Positions 18,438 through 31,362 of a stretch of DNA of 64,000 nt are shown in pieces; positions within the stretch are counted from its first letter, which is position 1; each line of letters opens with the position of its first letter. Made by a program: the position numbers and the translations under genes. The DNA is taken from assembly GCF_009914755.1 (NCBI RefSeq), contig NC_060925.1; one strand, written 5' to 3'. The notes beneath the pieces were generated by a model that saw nothing but the letters and a program-made list of their open reading frames with translations, ran no database searches and was not told the origin of the DNA. The stretch comes from the human T2T-CHM13v2.0 reference genome, Homo sapiens.

Positions 18438-21140
18438 ATTACTTACCAAATATAACCTATGTTTTCTTATGATCTTACAAGAAAAATTGTTAATCATTCT
18501 GTTTGGGAACAAAAATGGTCTTGACTAAAAATACCATAGGTATTATAAACATAGAATCTTGGATTTTTGAGGGATAATACTTTAAAGATTATTTTACAAA
18601 TGGGGAAGCTGATTTCCCAGTGAAATTGTCTAATTTCCTTAAGGTTACACAGGTACCTAATAATTTAGCCAGAACTAATGTCTGTTTCTCAGTTCCTAAT
18701 CCATTGTTTTTATCCATGACATGTTGCTGCTTAATATTTCTGCCTTATAAAGAGATAACATTTAGGCATAGGCTGTCTAATCTGAACAATAAGATAGGGA
18801 GTTTAGGATCTGATACACAATCTTAAAATGTAGTATAACCACTTTTCTGGGACTTCTTCCTTAAAAACATGTTTAAATCTCACAATTTACTTAGTTGAAT
18901 TGGATTACATGCCTGTTCATTTGTTCCTGGCGATATCATCCCTTAATCTCAGTAGAAGAGGGACTGCAGTAGTTTCTTCTAGAAATACTGGTAAGAGCCA
19001 TTCCCCTGAAAAGTGGTAAAGAAATATTGGTTCACTTAATGAGGGAAGTAGCGATAGCCCAAATATCACTTTATGTCATTGATATGGTTTGGCTGTATCC
19101 CCACCCAAATCTCATCTTGAATTGTAGCTCCCATAATTCCCATGTCATAGGAGGGACCCAGCGGGAGGGAATTGAATCATGGGGGTGAGTCTTTCCTGTG
19201 CTATTCTCATATTAGTGAATAAGTCTCACAAAATCTAACGGTTTTATAAAGGGAAGTTCCCCTGCAAAGTTACCTTTTGCCTGCCACCATGTGAGACATG
19301 GCTTTGCTTCTCCTTGCCTTCTGCCATGATTGTGAGGCCACCCCAGCCATGTGGAACTGTAAATCCATTAAACCTCTTTTCTTTGTAAGTCACCCAGTCT
19401 CAGGTATGTCTTTATTAGCAATGTGAGAACACACTAATACAGTAAATTGGTACCAGAAGGGGGTGCTGCTGTAAAGATACCCGAAAATGTGGAAGCAACT
19501 TTGGAACTGGGTAATACTCAGAGGTTGGAACAGTCTGGAGGGCTCAGAAGATAGGAAGATGTGGGAAACTTTCGAACTTCCTAGAGACTTGTTGAATGGC
19601 TTTGACCAAAATGCTGATAGTGATATGGACAATAAAGTCTTGGCTAAGATGGTTTCAAATGGAGAGAAGGAACTTGTTGGGAACTGGAGCAAAGGTGACT
19701 CTTGCTATTTTAGCAAAGACTGGCAACATTTTGCCCCTGCCCTAGAGATTTGTGGAACTTTGAACCTGAGAGAGATGATTTAGGACCTCTGATGGGAGAA
19801 ATTTCTAAGCATCAAAGCAATCAAGATATGACATGAGCATTGTTAAAAGCATTCAGTTTTGTATATTCACAAAGATATGGTTTGGAATTGCAACTTATGT
19901 TTAAAAGGGAAGTAGAGCATAAAAGTTTAGAAAATTTGCAACCAGATGATGTGATAGAGAAAAAAACATTTTCTTAGGAGTAACTTAAGAAGTAATTTAA
20001 TGCAGAAATTTGCATAAGTAATGAGGACCCAAATGTTAATCACCAAGACAATGGGGAAAATGTCTCTGGGCCATGTTAGAGGTCTTCACAGCAGCCCCTC
20101 CCATCACAAGCTGGGAGGTATAGGAGGAAAAAATTGTTCACGGCTGGCCTAGGGCCTTGCTGCTTTGTGCAGTCAAGGGACTTGGTGCCCTACATCACAG
20201 CCATGGGTAAATGGTACCAACATAGCACTCAGGCCATTGCTTCAGAGGGTGCAAGCCCCAAGCCTTGGTGGCTTCCAGATGGTGTTGGGCCTATGGGTGC
20301 ACAAAAGTCAAGAACTGAGGTTTGGGAACCTCTGCTTACATTTCAGAGGATGTATGAAAAAGCTTGGATGTCCAGGCAGAGATGTGCTTCAGGGGCAGTG
20401 ACCTCATGGAGAACCTCTGCTAGGGCAGTGCAAAAGGGAAATGTTGGGTGGGAGCACCCACACAGTCCCCAGTGGGGCACTGCCTAGTGGAGCTGTGAGA
20501 AGAAGGTCACCATCCTCCAGATCCCAGAATGGTAGATCCAACAACAGCTTACACTGTGTGCCTGAAAAAGCCTCAGACACTCAATCCCAGCCCATGAAAG
20601 CAGCCAGGAAAGGGACTATACCCTGCAAAGCCACAGGGGCAGAGCTTCCCAAAACTATGGGAGCCTACCTTGTGCATCAGCATGACCTGGATGTGAGACA
20701 TGGAGTCAAAGGCCCCATTTTCATTTCAGAGCTTTAAGATTTGACCACCCCATTGGATTTCAGACTTGCATGGGGCCTATAGTCCCTTTGTTTTTGCCAA
20801 TTTCTCCCATTCAGAATGGCTGTATTTAGCCAATACCTGTACCCCCATTGTATCTAGGAAGTAACCAACTTTCTTTTGATTTTACAGTCTCATAGGCAGA
20901 AGGGACTTGCCTTGTCTCGGCTGAGACTTTGGACTGTGGACATTTGAGTTAATGCTGAAATGAGTTAAGACTTTCGGGGACTGTTAGGAAGGCATGATTG
21001 GTTTTAAAATGTGAGAACATGAGATTTGGCACAGGCCAGGGGAGGGATGATATGGTTTGGCCAAATCTCATCTAGAATTGTAGCTCCCATAATTCCCACA
21101 TGTCATGGGAGGGACCCAGTGGGAGGTAATTGAATCATGG

Positions 21141-22528
21141 TGTGTCCGGAATTGGTGGGTTCTTGGTCTCACTGACTTAAAGAATGAAGCCGCGGACCCT
21201 CACGGTGAGTGTTACAGCTCTTAAGGTGGCGTGTCTGGAGTCTGTCCCTTCTGATGTTCAGATGTGTTCAGAGTTTCTTCCTTCTGGTGGGTTCGTGGTC
21301 TCGCTGGCTCAGGAGTGAAGCTGCAGACCTTCGCGGTGAGTGTTACAGCTCTTAAGGCAGCGCATCTGGAGTTGTTCGTTCCTCCTGGTGGGCTCGTGGT
21401 CTCGCTGGGCTCAGGAGTGAAGCTGCAGATCTTTGCGGTGAGTGTTACAGCTCATAAAAGCAGCATGGACCCAAAGAGTGAGCAGTAGCAAGATTTATTG
21501 CAAAGAGCGAAAGAACAAAGCTTCCACAGTGTGGAAGGGGACCCAAGCGGGTTGCCAATGCTGGCTCGGGCAGCCTGCTTTTATTCTCTTATCTGGCCCC
21601 ACCCACATCCTGCTGATTGGTAGAGCCGAGTGGCCTGTTTTGTCAGGGCGCTGATTGGTGCATTTACAATCCCTGAGCTAGACACAAAGGTTCTCCACTT
21701 CCCCATCAGATTAGTTAGACACAGAGTTTCCACACACAGGTTCTCCAAGGCCCCACCAGAGCAGCTAGATACAGAGTGTCGATTGGTGCATTCACAAACC
21801 TTGAGCTAAACACAGGGTGCTGATTGGTGTATTTACAATCCCTGAGCTAGATATAAAGGTTCTCCACGTCCCCAACAGACTCAAGAGCCCAGCTGGCTTC
21901 ACCTAGTGGATCCTGCACCAGGGCTGCAGGTGGAGCTGCCTGCCAGTCCTGCGCCGTGCACTCGCATTCCTCAGCCCTTGGGTGGTCGATGGGACTGGGC
22001 GCATGGAGCAGGGGGTGGCGCTCGTCGGGGAGGCTCGGGCAGCACAGGAGCCCATGGAGTGGGTGGGAGGCTCAGGCATGGCGGGCTGCAGGTCCTGAGC
22101 CCTGCCCGGTGGGAAGGCAGCCGAGGCTCGGCGAGAAATCGAGCGCAGCTCCGGTGGGCCAGCACTGCTGGGGGAATCAGTACACCCTCCGCAGCCACTG
22201 GCCTGGGTGCTAAGTCCCCCATTGCCCGGGGCCAGCAGGGCTGGCTGGCTGCTCCGAGTGCGGGGCCCACCAAGCCCACGCCCACCCGGAACTCCAGCTG
22301 GCCCGCAAGTGCCGCACACAGCCCCGGTTCCCGCTCGTGCCTCTCTCTCCACACCTCCCTGCAAGCTGAGGGAGTGGGCTCCGGCCTTGGCCAGCCCAGA
22401 AAGGGGCTCCCACAGTGCAGTGGGGGACTGAAGGGCTCCTCAAATGCCACCAAAGTGGGAGCCCAGGCAGGGGAGGTGCCGAGAGCAAGCGAGGGCTCTG
22501 AGGACTGCCAGCACGCTGTCACTTCTCA
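21141..22528 (-). mobile_element. LTR12C (ERV9) solo LTR, 1388 bp
   Basis: Termini TGTGTCCGGAATTGGTGGG...GCACGCTGTCACTTCTCA are the reverse LTR12C ends; 4-bp TSD ATGG (21137-21140 and 22529-22532); CpG-rich; tandem CCAAT-containing repeats. Confidence 0.95.
21540..21860 (-). promoter_or_regulatory. LTR12C U3 promoter: NF-Y CCAAT boxes and AATAAAA TATA-like box
   Basis: ATTGG at 21616, 21654, 21782 and 21823; minus-strand GAGAATAAAAGCAGGCTGC around 21570-21588. Confidence 0.7.
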
Positions 22529-23259
22529 ATGGGGCCAGGTCTTTCACATGCTGTTCCAGTGATAATGGGTAAGTTTCACAGGATCTGATGGTTTTATAAA
22601 GGGGAGCTTTATAAAACCTACGCAAGCTCCCTCTTGCCTGCCGCAATGTCAGACATGCCTTTGCTTCTCCTTTGACTTCCACCATGATTGTGAGGTCACC
22701 CCCAGCCAGGTGAAATTGTGAGTGCATTAAACCTCTTTTCTTTATAAATTACCCAGTATCCAGTACGTCTTTATTAGCAGAGTGAGAACAGACTAATACA
22801 ATCGTCCCATTTAACACATGTGAATGCATGAGTGCAGGCAGATGTTATTAGAGTAAATGGACAGGGTTGGAGGATTAATGCTGTTAACACTGCTGCCTGC
22901 TGATAGTAAGAGAAGATAATCTCACCCTGTTAAACAGCCCACCACCTAAGAAGCTTAACTTCCCACAGTCAGCAGAGCCTGGCATGATATTAAGGATGAG
23001 TTTTAAAACAATAATAATACTGAGTGCAAGGATATCATTTTAAAAATGGGATGAGGAAAAATTCGGAGAAAGAAAAGATGGGAAAACTAACCAAATTAAC
23101 ATGTCAAGCTACTTTTCAAGTCTTAGGAGTGCTATGGTATGATTCATTTGGTCCTGAGGAAAGTGTTGGGTAGCAGTATAAAGCATTTTGGCTTTTCTAA
23201 TATTCCTATTAGATGATTTGCCAAGGTCACTTTGTTTGGGGTTTTAGAGTAGTTTTTTT

Positions 23260-23571
23260 TTTTCCATTTTGTTTATTATTTATTTATTTTATTATACTGT
23301 AAATTCTGGGATACATGTGCAGAACGTACAGGTTTGTTACATAGGTTATACACATACCATGGTGGTTTGCTGCACCCATTAACCTGTCATCTACATTAGG
23401 TATTTCTCCTAATGCTATCCCTCCCCTAGCTCCCTACCCCCAACAGGCCCCGGTGTGTGATGTTCCCCTCCCTGAGTCCATGTGTTCTCATTGTTCAACT
23501 CCCACTAATGAGTGAGAACATGCGGTATTTGGTTTTCTGTTCCTGTGTTAGTTTGCTGAGAATGACGGTTT
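23260..23571 (-). mobile_element. 5'-truncated L1PA 3' end (L1PA7/8-like)
   Basis: GGGATACATGTGCAGAACGTACAGG...; minus-strand LSKLTQEQKTKYRMFSLISGS is the ORF2 C-terminus. Confidence 0.9.
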
Positions 23572-25082
23572 TTAATGGGTAATTTTTTTCAAAATATCTC
23601 TGTACAACCACCCTTATAAATATATTTATAAAGTTTACCTGTGGCTTCAAAACAAGATAGTATACCAGCACAGAATGTGGTTTCCCTTCCCCTAAATCAA
23701 CCCTAGAGAAACCGCAGACTTGAGAGGGAAACACAGGTCTGAACCAACCAATATAAAAGCAGTAAGAAAACGCCTAGGGAGAAAGCTTATGAAAGTCATT
23801 GTATAGGAGAGTGGCAACCTGGGTCACAGCATTAAGCACTAGTTTAGAGACAGCTTTAAAATTCTGTTCTTAACCTTTCTCACAGATTACTTTGGGATAG
23901 TCATAGTCTGCCTCATCACCAATAAATCCACAGCAACCTTCCAGGTCACTGCCATGGGGTAATATAAAGGCAGAATAAAAGTCCTGCTGGAGTGAAAATA
24001 TATTTCCACCACCCAGTCACATGCCATGTATCATTCCTTTACTTCTTCCCTATCTAAACCCCCTGAGCTGATGTGTTACAGCCCAAGGGGATTGCCTCTG
24101 TCCAGGAATACAAAGGAGATGGCTGATGCACTGCAGTTAAACAGAACATTATATAAAAATATACCATAATAGTAATACACAACTTTAAAGACAGAGATCC
24201 CATGTTAGATATTAATTTTTTAAAAAAGATTAAATAACATGCTGTTTAAAAGATGTATCATTCAAACAATAGGATACAGAAAAGAGAAAAAAGTAACCTG
24301 CTAATTATTCCAAATTCCAATGAAAACTGGAATTGCACTGTTAACCTCTGACAAAATAAAAATCCATGGAAAAAATCATAAAGGACAAAGAGAAAGGACT
24401 AAGAGGAAAATCAAGAGTTCCCTTAATAAAGGAAACAATAGTGCAAGAATATTTAGGCATTGTGAACATAAATGCACCTATCAATATGGATAGGTAGCAG
24501 TGTGAACAAAAATAGACAAAAATTGTAGCTTAAGACTTTAAAACACACCCTCAGAAACTGTTAGATAAAGAAAACAAAATTAATTTCTAACTTGGTAATT
24601 ATGTTGCAATAAAAGTAAAAGTTAATAAAATTTTAAATCCCATATATCTGAAAGCCACAAAATATGTATTAAATAACCTTTGGAAATCATAACAGAAATA
24701 ACAAAGTATTCATAACTGAACAATGAAATTCATACTATATGTCAAAATTGGTGAGTCACACCTGAACAATATTTATGGAGAAGTTTATAACTTTGAACAC
24801 ATTTATTAGGAAACAGAAAGATTAAAGAAAAACATAGCTAAGCATTCAATTCAAGAAGGTGAAAAAGGTAAGAGAAAATATCTTTAAAAAACAAGGAAAT
24901 AATAAATTGAGAGTGGAAATCAACTAAATAAAAAATTTAAATAGAAATAGAGAATCATAACACCAAAAACTCATTATTTGAAAAGGTCAATAGGTTAAAT
25001 TAATCTCATGCAGGATCAAATGCAAAAATAAATAAAATAAGGACACACAGATAAGCAAAATACAGTATAAAAATAACTATAA

Positions 25083-25436
<354 letters not shown>

Positions 25437-26746
25437 TTATATTGAAGTAAATTTGAAAACCTCAATGAAATGCATAAATATCTGGAAAAATATAAAATTC
25501 AAAAGTGTATATAAGAAGAAATAGAAAAGTTGAATGGACAAATTGGCATTGAAGAAATTTAATTTCTAAAAACGTCTCAGGCCCATATGGTTTTACAGTT
25601 GAGTTCTACCAAACTTTCAAAGATTAGTTAATCCTGTAAAGAGAAAGGAAAAGAAGACTGACCAGTTCATTTTATGAGGCAAGTGTAATCTTTATTTAAA
25701 AACTGAGTAAAGATAATACTTTAACAGGAAATTGTATATTTCACTTATAAGCATAGATGCAAAAATTCAAAATAAAGTTTTAGCTACATGTATCTGATTT
25801 TTTTTAAGTTTTAAGGATAGCATTATCATACATGATTTATCCCAGGAATGCAATGACATTTCAACATGAGTAAAAACTATTGGTGATATGCACCACATTG
25901 ATAGACTACAGAACAAAATCATATATTTTTTAAAAATACAGAAAATGATAAACTTCAACCAATACCTTATAATAAAACCTTTTATAAAACTAGGAATTAA
26001 CAGAAACACCTTTAACTAGATAAAGGTTATATATCCAAGCCCTTCAATTTTTAACACATTCCCTTTAATTTTGGAACCAAGAACAGAATACCCATTTTCT
26101 CTGCTATTAATATTGTAGAGTGAAGTATTAAAAGGGAACATCTTCTACATAGGAAAAACAACAGAATCAACATATGAACTACATGAATTCTTAGAAGAGT
26201 TCAGCAAAGTTGACAGATTCAAGATCAACCTATACAAAATCAATAGCATTTCTCTATATTAGCAATAATCAACTAGAAAATATATAAAATTAAGATGATA
26301 TTCTTAAAGGAAACAGAAACTATAAAATTTCTAGGAATTAAAGAGTACTCAAGGATTTATAGAGGAAAAACTCAAAATTCTATTAAAAGCCTATAAGAGA
26401 ATACAGAGATATTCTATCATCTTAGAAAAGATTATAATAGCTTAAAGATCTAGTTTTTCATATTAATATATAAATTCAATGTAATTCAGATCAAAATTCC
26501 AAGTAGATTTTTTAAGGTAAAACATATTCTAAAATTGGTTTCAAGAAATTAAAATCTATGATTAGTTTAAGTCAACTTTGAAAAAGAGCAAATAATAACA
26601 AGAAATAAAGAATAAGGAGCAAAAAATAATAAGAAGAGATAGTATGGAACAGTATGAGACAAATAGATAAGCAGTATATAGTAGGGAGTTCCAAAAAGAC
26701 TTGCAAGCATAAGAACATTATATATGATGAAGTTGGCACTAGAAAT

Positions 26747-27172
26747 TGTGGTGGTCATGAAAATGTGCAGCTCAGAGTTCCTGCTGAAGACATGGAGTTG
26801 ACAGCCCCAGATGCTGCCCCTCTGCATCCACTACCACATTCACGCCAAGCCCACCCTTCTTAGAGAATGCTCACAGCCAGGCCCTGAGCACAATGGAGGC
26901 ACCAGTTCAGGCCCATTCCCATAAGACATGGTATTCCTCTGACAGACAGCTTTGGTGTATAATAACTCTACTGGCCTGTCCAAAACTTTCTTAAAACTGT
27001 ACTATAATTTGAGACTTTTCCTACCCAATCCTCCTTCACAGGTGTTAGAAGCTCATATCAGCAGCCTTTTTGGCCCTCTCCCCTTTATCCTTCACTGGTG
27101 TTTCCTCCCATTAATCTTTTGCACCTCTAAATCCATTTTGGCCTCTGCTTCTAGGAGAACTTGAAGTAATAT
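26747..27172 (+). mobile_element. ERVL solo LTR (LTR16B-like)
   Basis: TGTGGTGGTCATGAAAATGTGCAGCTCAGA...GACAGCCCCAGATGCTGCCCCTCTGCATCCAC...GCCTCTGCTTCTAGGAGAAC. Confidence 0.7.
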
Positions 27173-27380
27173 TTTAAAAATGATGAACAGACAGATTATT
27201 GAATAGATGTAATTGGGGAAATTGCCTCCCATATAAAGAAAAATATAATTGTATCCCTAATATCATAATTGCAAGTGAATCCCAGATGCATTAATATTTA
27301 AATAAGAAAGGTATAAATGAAAACCTCAAAGAAGATAATGTCATCTAGGGCTAGTGAAAGACTCTAGCTTTTCAAAAGCA

Positions 27381-27740
<360 letters not shown>

Positions 27741-27754
27741 TCAGTGAAGAACAC

Positions 27755-28185
27755 TGTGGCATAGATTACCTCAAATATATTCTCTTCTGTCTCTAACCCT
27801 GACAGATTTTCTTAAGTTTAGGTGGGAACATGGCCTCCTGAATAAATGACTATATTCATCAGCCTCCCTTGTAGCTAGAAATGACCCTACGACTATTTTC
27901 TAACCAATGAAATATAAGCAGATTTCCAACAACAGTGTGTACCTTCTACCTTGTGCCTTTAAATAAAGGAGCATGCTCTCTTCTCCCTCTTTTCCCCTTT
28001 CTCATGGCTGATGAGAGCCACCTTGCACCATGCTGAGAAACCAATACTCTAGAAATGGTGGAATAACAACACAAAAGGATCACTTCCTTCTAAATTGTCA
28101 CTTGGAGGAAAATCTCTTTCTTGTTGAGCCACTGTTAATATAGGGTTCTACTACAAATAACAGAGTTACCTCCTAAATAATATAA
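27755..28185 (+). mobile_element. Old MaLR LTR (MLT1-like)
   Basis: TGTGGCA start, CAGCCTCCCTTGTAGCTAG, TTCTAACCAATG and TTGAGCCACTG motifs of the MLT1 family. Confidence 0.55.
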
Positions 28186-28996
28186 ACACCATGGATAATG
28201 TTAACGGACAGGTCACAGATTGGGAGTTCATTGGCAATGTCTAAAATCAAGAAGATAAAAATCTAAAAGATGCAAAAAGAATCTAGTGCAAGCAAATAAA
28301 CATGAAAAATAAAAAACAGGCAAAAGCTATTAACTTGCAATTCACATAAGAGGAAATCCGAAAGACTAAAAAGCATATAAGGAGATGATAAGTTTTATTA
28401 GTAATTAGAGAAATCAAAATTAAAATAATATATCACACCCATTAAATTGTCCAATATTGAGTAATGCTAGAAATTGATAGTGATGTAACGTTATAGGGAT
28501 ATTCTTATACTTTTGGTAGGAAGGTATACACAACCATTTTTGAAAGCAACTTGGCAGAGCCTAATTAAATTAGGTATACATATTTCCTTTGGCCTAGCAA
28601 TCCTACTCCTGGATAGATATCCCAGAAAAATTCTTACAAAGATCCCAAAGCAGATACATAAAAGACTGAATTACAGGGATGTTTCTGGTAGTCAGGAAAT
28701 GGAGATACTGTAGGTCTCTATCATTGATGGAACAGGTAAATAAAATGCAACCATTAGAAGCAAAATATATCTAATGCATATGATATATAGATACTAAAAA
28801 TAGTGCTGAATAAAACAAGAAATACGAGATTTAAAGCACTAGATAATTATGTAAATTAAAAATGCATGTCTACCTAAATAACATATTTTATAAATAAATA
28901 AATATTTATTTCACAAAAATAGACACAAAAGACCCTACATTAGAATGGTTGAAGAATAAGGATAAAATGAAAAATAAATAAATAAAATGACAAAGA

Positions 28997-29320
28997 GGGC
29001 GGGCATGGTGGCTTACCTGTAATCCCAGCATTTTGGGAGGCTGAGGCACTAGGATCATTGAGCCCAGGAAGTCGAGACCAGCCTGGGCAACACAGGGATA
29101 CCTGTCTCTACAAAAAATGAAATAAATTAGCTGGTTGTGGTGGCCCATGCCTGTGGTCCCACCTACTCAGGAAGTTGAGGTGGAAGGATCACTTGAGCTC
29201 AGGAAGTCTAGGCTACTGTGAGCCATTATTGCACCAGTGCACTCCAGCCTGGGCAACAAAGCAAGACCCTGTCTCAGAAAATAATAATGAAATAAAAGTA
29301 ATAATAAAATAAAATAAAAA
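28997..29320 (+). mobile_element. AluJ
   Basis: J-type dimer (TTGAGCCCAGGA, GGCTACTGTGAGCCATTATTG) with A-rich tail. Confidence 0.92.
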
Positions 29321-29838
29321 AGGGTCATTGCATACACTAGTGATGACAGTGTGCTATATACTAAGTATAACTAATTCAATCTTCTGCACTCCAAGTCTAA
29401 GAAAAATAATCATAAAACAAAATTTATACAAATAATTTGCTACAAAATTAACTCTGCCCTTCTTTAGTATATGCATTATTGTTTTCTTTGTATACTCTTT
29501 GAGGTATTTTTCTTATATAACAATCCTGTGAATCCTGTAAGAATTAATTTCACATTAATTTTCAAATTAATTTTCACAGGTCTGTAATCTAGGGAGTTAA
29601 CCGGAGAGTAGAGGTGGTAGGAATATGAAGGATATGAAGGAAGAACTTTAAATGTTATTTTATCTTCTGGAAACTATGTCTACATCTTCTCTGAATATGT
29701 GATTTATTTTAATACTAGATCCTAGTATTATCTTCCTTTTCCACTCTAGGCTCAGAAGTACTAATCTATGTTCCTAGTGAACCTTTCTCTGTTTATAATT
29801 AGCAAGCCTAAAAAAGAAATGGAAAGGAGGTGGGGAAG

Positions 29839-30172
29839 TGATATGGTTTGGATCTGTGTCTCCACCCAAATCTCATGTTGAATTGTAATCCCCAATGTTG
29901 GAGGTAGTGGATGAGCTCTCACAAGATCTGGTTGTTTAAAAGGTATGGCACCTCCTCCCTCTTTCTTTTGCTTCTGCTCTGTCCAGGTGACATGCTTGCT
30001 TCTCCTTCACCTTCTGCCATGATGTAAGTTTCTTGAGGTCTCCCCAGAAGCCAACTAGATGCCATCATGCTTCCTGTACAGCCTGAAAAACCGTAAGCCA
30101 ATAAAAACCTCTTTTCTTTATAAATTACTCAGTGAAATATTTCTTTATAGCAAGCAAGGACAGACTAATACA
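29839..30172 (+). mobile_element. MST (MSTA/MSTB) solo LTR, internally deleted
   Basis: TGATATGGTTTGGATCTGTGTCTCCACCCAAATCTCATGTTGAATTGTAATCCCCAATG...GACTAATACA. Confidence 0.88.
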
Positions 30173-30880
30173 GGCGGATAACCAGAAAAAAAATGAAAAA
30201 GAAAGATAGCTAGTAAAATAAGTGCCTTGCTTTTTTATTCCATGTAGACTCTATGTCTTTAGGGTTAAGAGAATAAAAAGTACTGAGTGTGGAGCTCAGC
30301 TTTGAATCACTGAAACTCCAACCATTTACCAGAATCTTTTCATGATCTGTCTCTTTCTTGGTCAGCCAACTCTTCTGCTCTCTAAAAGGTTCTTAATACT
30401 GTAAGCCAAAATTGCTTGACTTCCTCCAAGTCTGATAGCCCTACGGATGCCTGTACTTATTTCCTATTGGGAATTAATTCATAAATTTAGTTTCAAAAGT
30501 GGATTTAGCCTTGTTATTTGCATCTCATTTTGGCAATTCCTTACTATAAAAAACTGTGCTTTGATTTGCTAACAGGACACCTTCTAGACCCTGTGGAATA
30601 GAGAAGCTCCACAGGATCTGTGTTCCCCACAGTGAAAATGGCCAAGTGTTCATCATTTGTCTTGAAAAAAGGAAATCTAAAACTAATCCTTGCTTCAGGT
30701 GAAGAAGCACTAATGTATTCACTCTACTAGAGCAAATAGATAAAAAAAGCAAACAACTATAGTAACAAAAAAAAATGTCTAGAGCAAAGAGGATCATGGC
30801 CACAGCAGGGAAAAAAGGATCATGGCTACAGTGTGGCTATAAATGCCCAGTATCTTTTTTAATAAAATATATTCTATAAC

Positions 30881-31362
30881 CACAACCAGCTTCATGGATG
30901 TGCAACCAGTAGAGTCTCACAGGGCTCCATATTCAGAAGGACCCCACCTGGGGTTTAATGCTCTGGGATGGACATCTTGAAACTCTCCCAGCTGTGACTT
31001 GCCACTGCTCCCACCCTCTTCCTGAGGTAGCTACCAGTTCAAATTGACTGGAAGAGGTCATAGTTCTCTCCTCCAACCTTTCTCCCTGCTTCTGCACAGG
31101 GATCTGGGTGCAGGAAAGGTCCAGGTTAGGTATTCATCTCACCGTGCCTCTGGGTGTCAAAGCAGCAGTGCATTCAGTGTGTGACTCCATGGGGTCTCTC
31201 ACCCAATCCCACTCAAGTATCAAGTAAGGCCTGGTGCTGGACGCCCATCTGCAGTAAATTAGGCAACATGCCTATGGGTAGGGGAAACTAACTTCTCTGC
31301 CCCTGGCTGTGGCTCCAAAGTTTCATTTTGCCCTGGGCCTGCAAATTACATAGTCAATTTGG
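30881..31362 (+). mobile_element. MER45-family hAT-Tip100 DNA transposon relic
   Basis: The start CCAGCTTCATGGATGTGCAACC...CAGAAGGACCCC...GTTTAATGCTCTG and the end TTTCATTTTGCCCTGGGCCTGCAAATTACATAG resemble MER45 termini. Confidence 0.65.

Larger units (their letters stand above)
19080..22800 (+). mobile_element. Full-length THE1 element: 5' LTR 19080-19441, internal 19442-21047, 3' LTR 21048-22800 split by LTR12C
   Basis: Two LTRs start TGATATGGTTTGG and end ACTAATACA; the MaLR internal region starts GTAAATTGGTACCAG and has a degenerate ORF (GWNSLEGSEDRKMWE..ELPRDLLNGFDQNADSDMDNKV); purine tract before the 3' LTR. Confidence 0.93.

Noticed and set aside
19390-20737. ORFs of 78-117 aa
   Set aside because: Fragments of the degenerate MaLR internal region or chance frames, not host genes.
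21180-21860. Regularly repeated motifs resembling an array
   Set aside because: These are the intrinsic U3/U5 tandem repeats of LTR12; they are not CRISPR-like and the DNA is eukaryotic.
21880-22528. CpG-island-like stretch as a host gene promoter
   Set aside because: Fully explained by the young LTR12C.
21903-22727. Long overlapping ORFs (up to 218 aa) on both strands
   Set aside because: They lie in GC-rich LTR12C sequence, where stop codons are rare; no recognisable domain.
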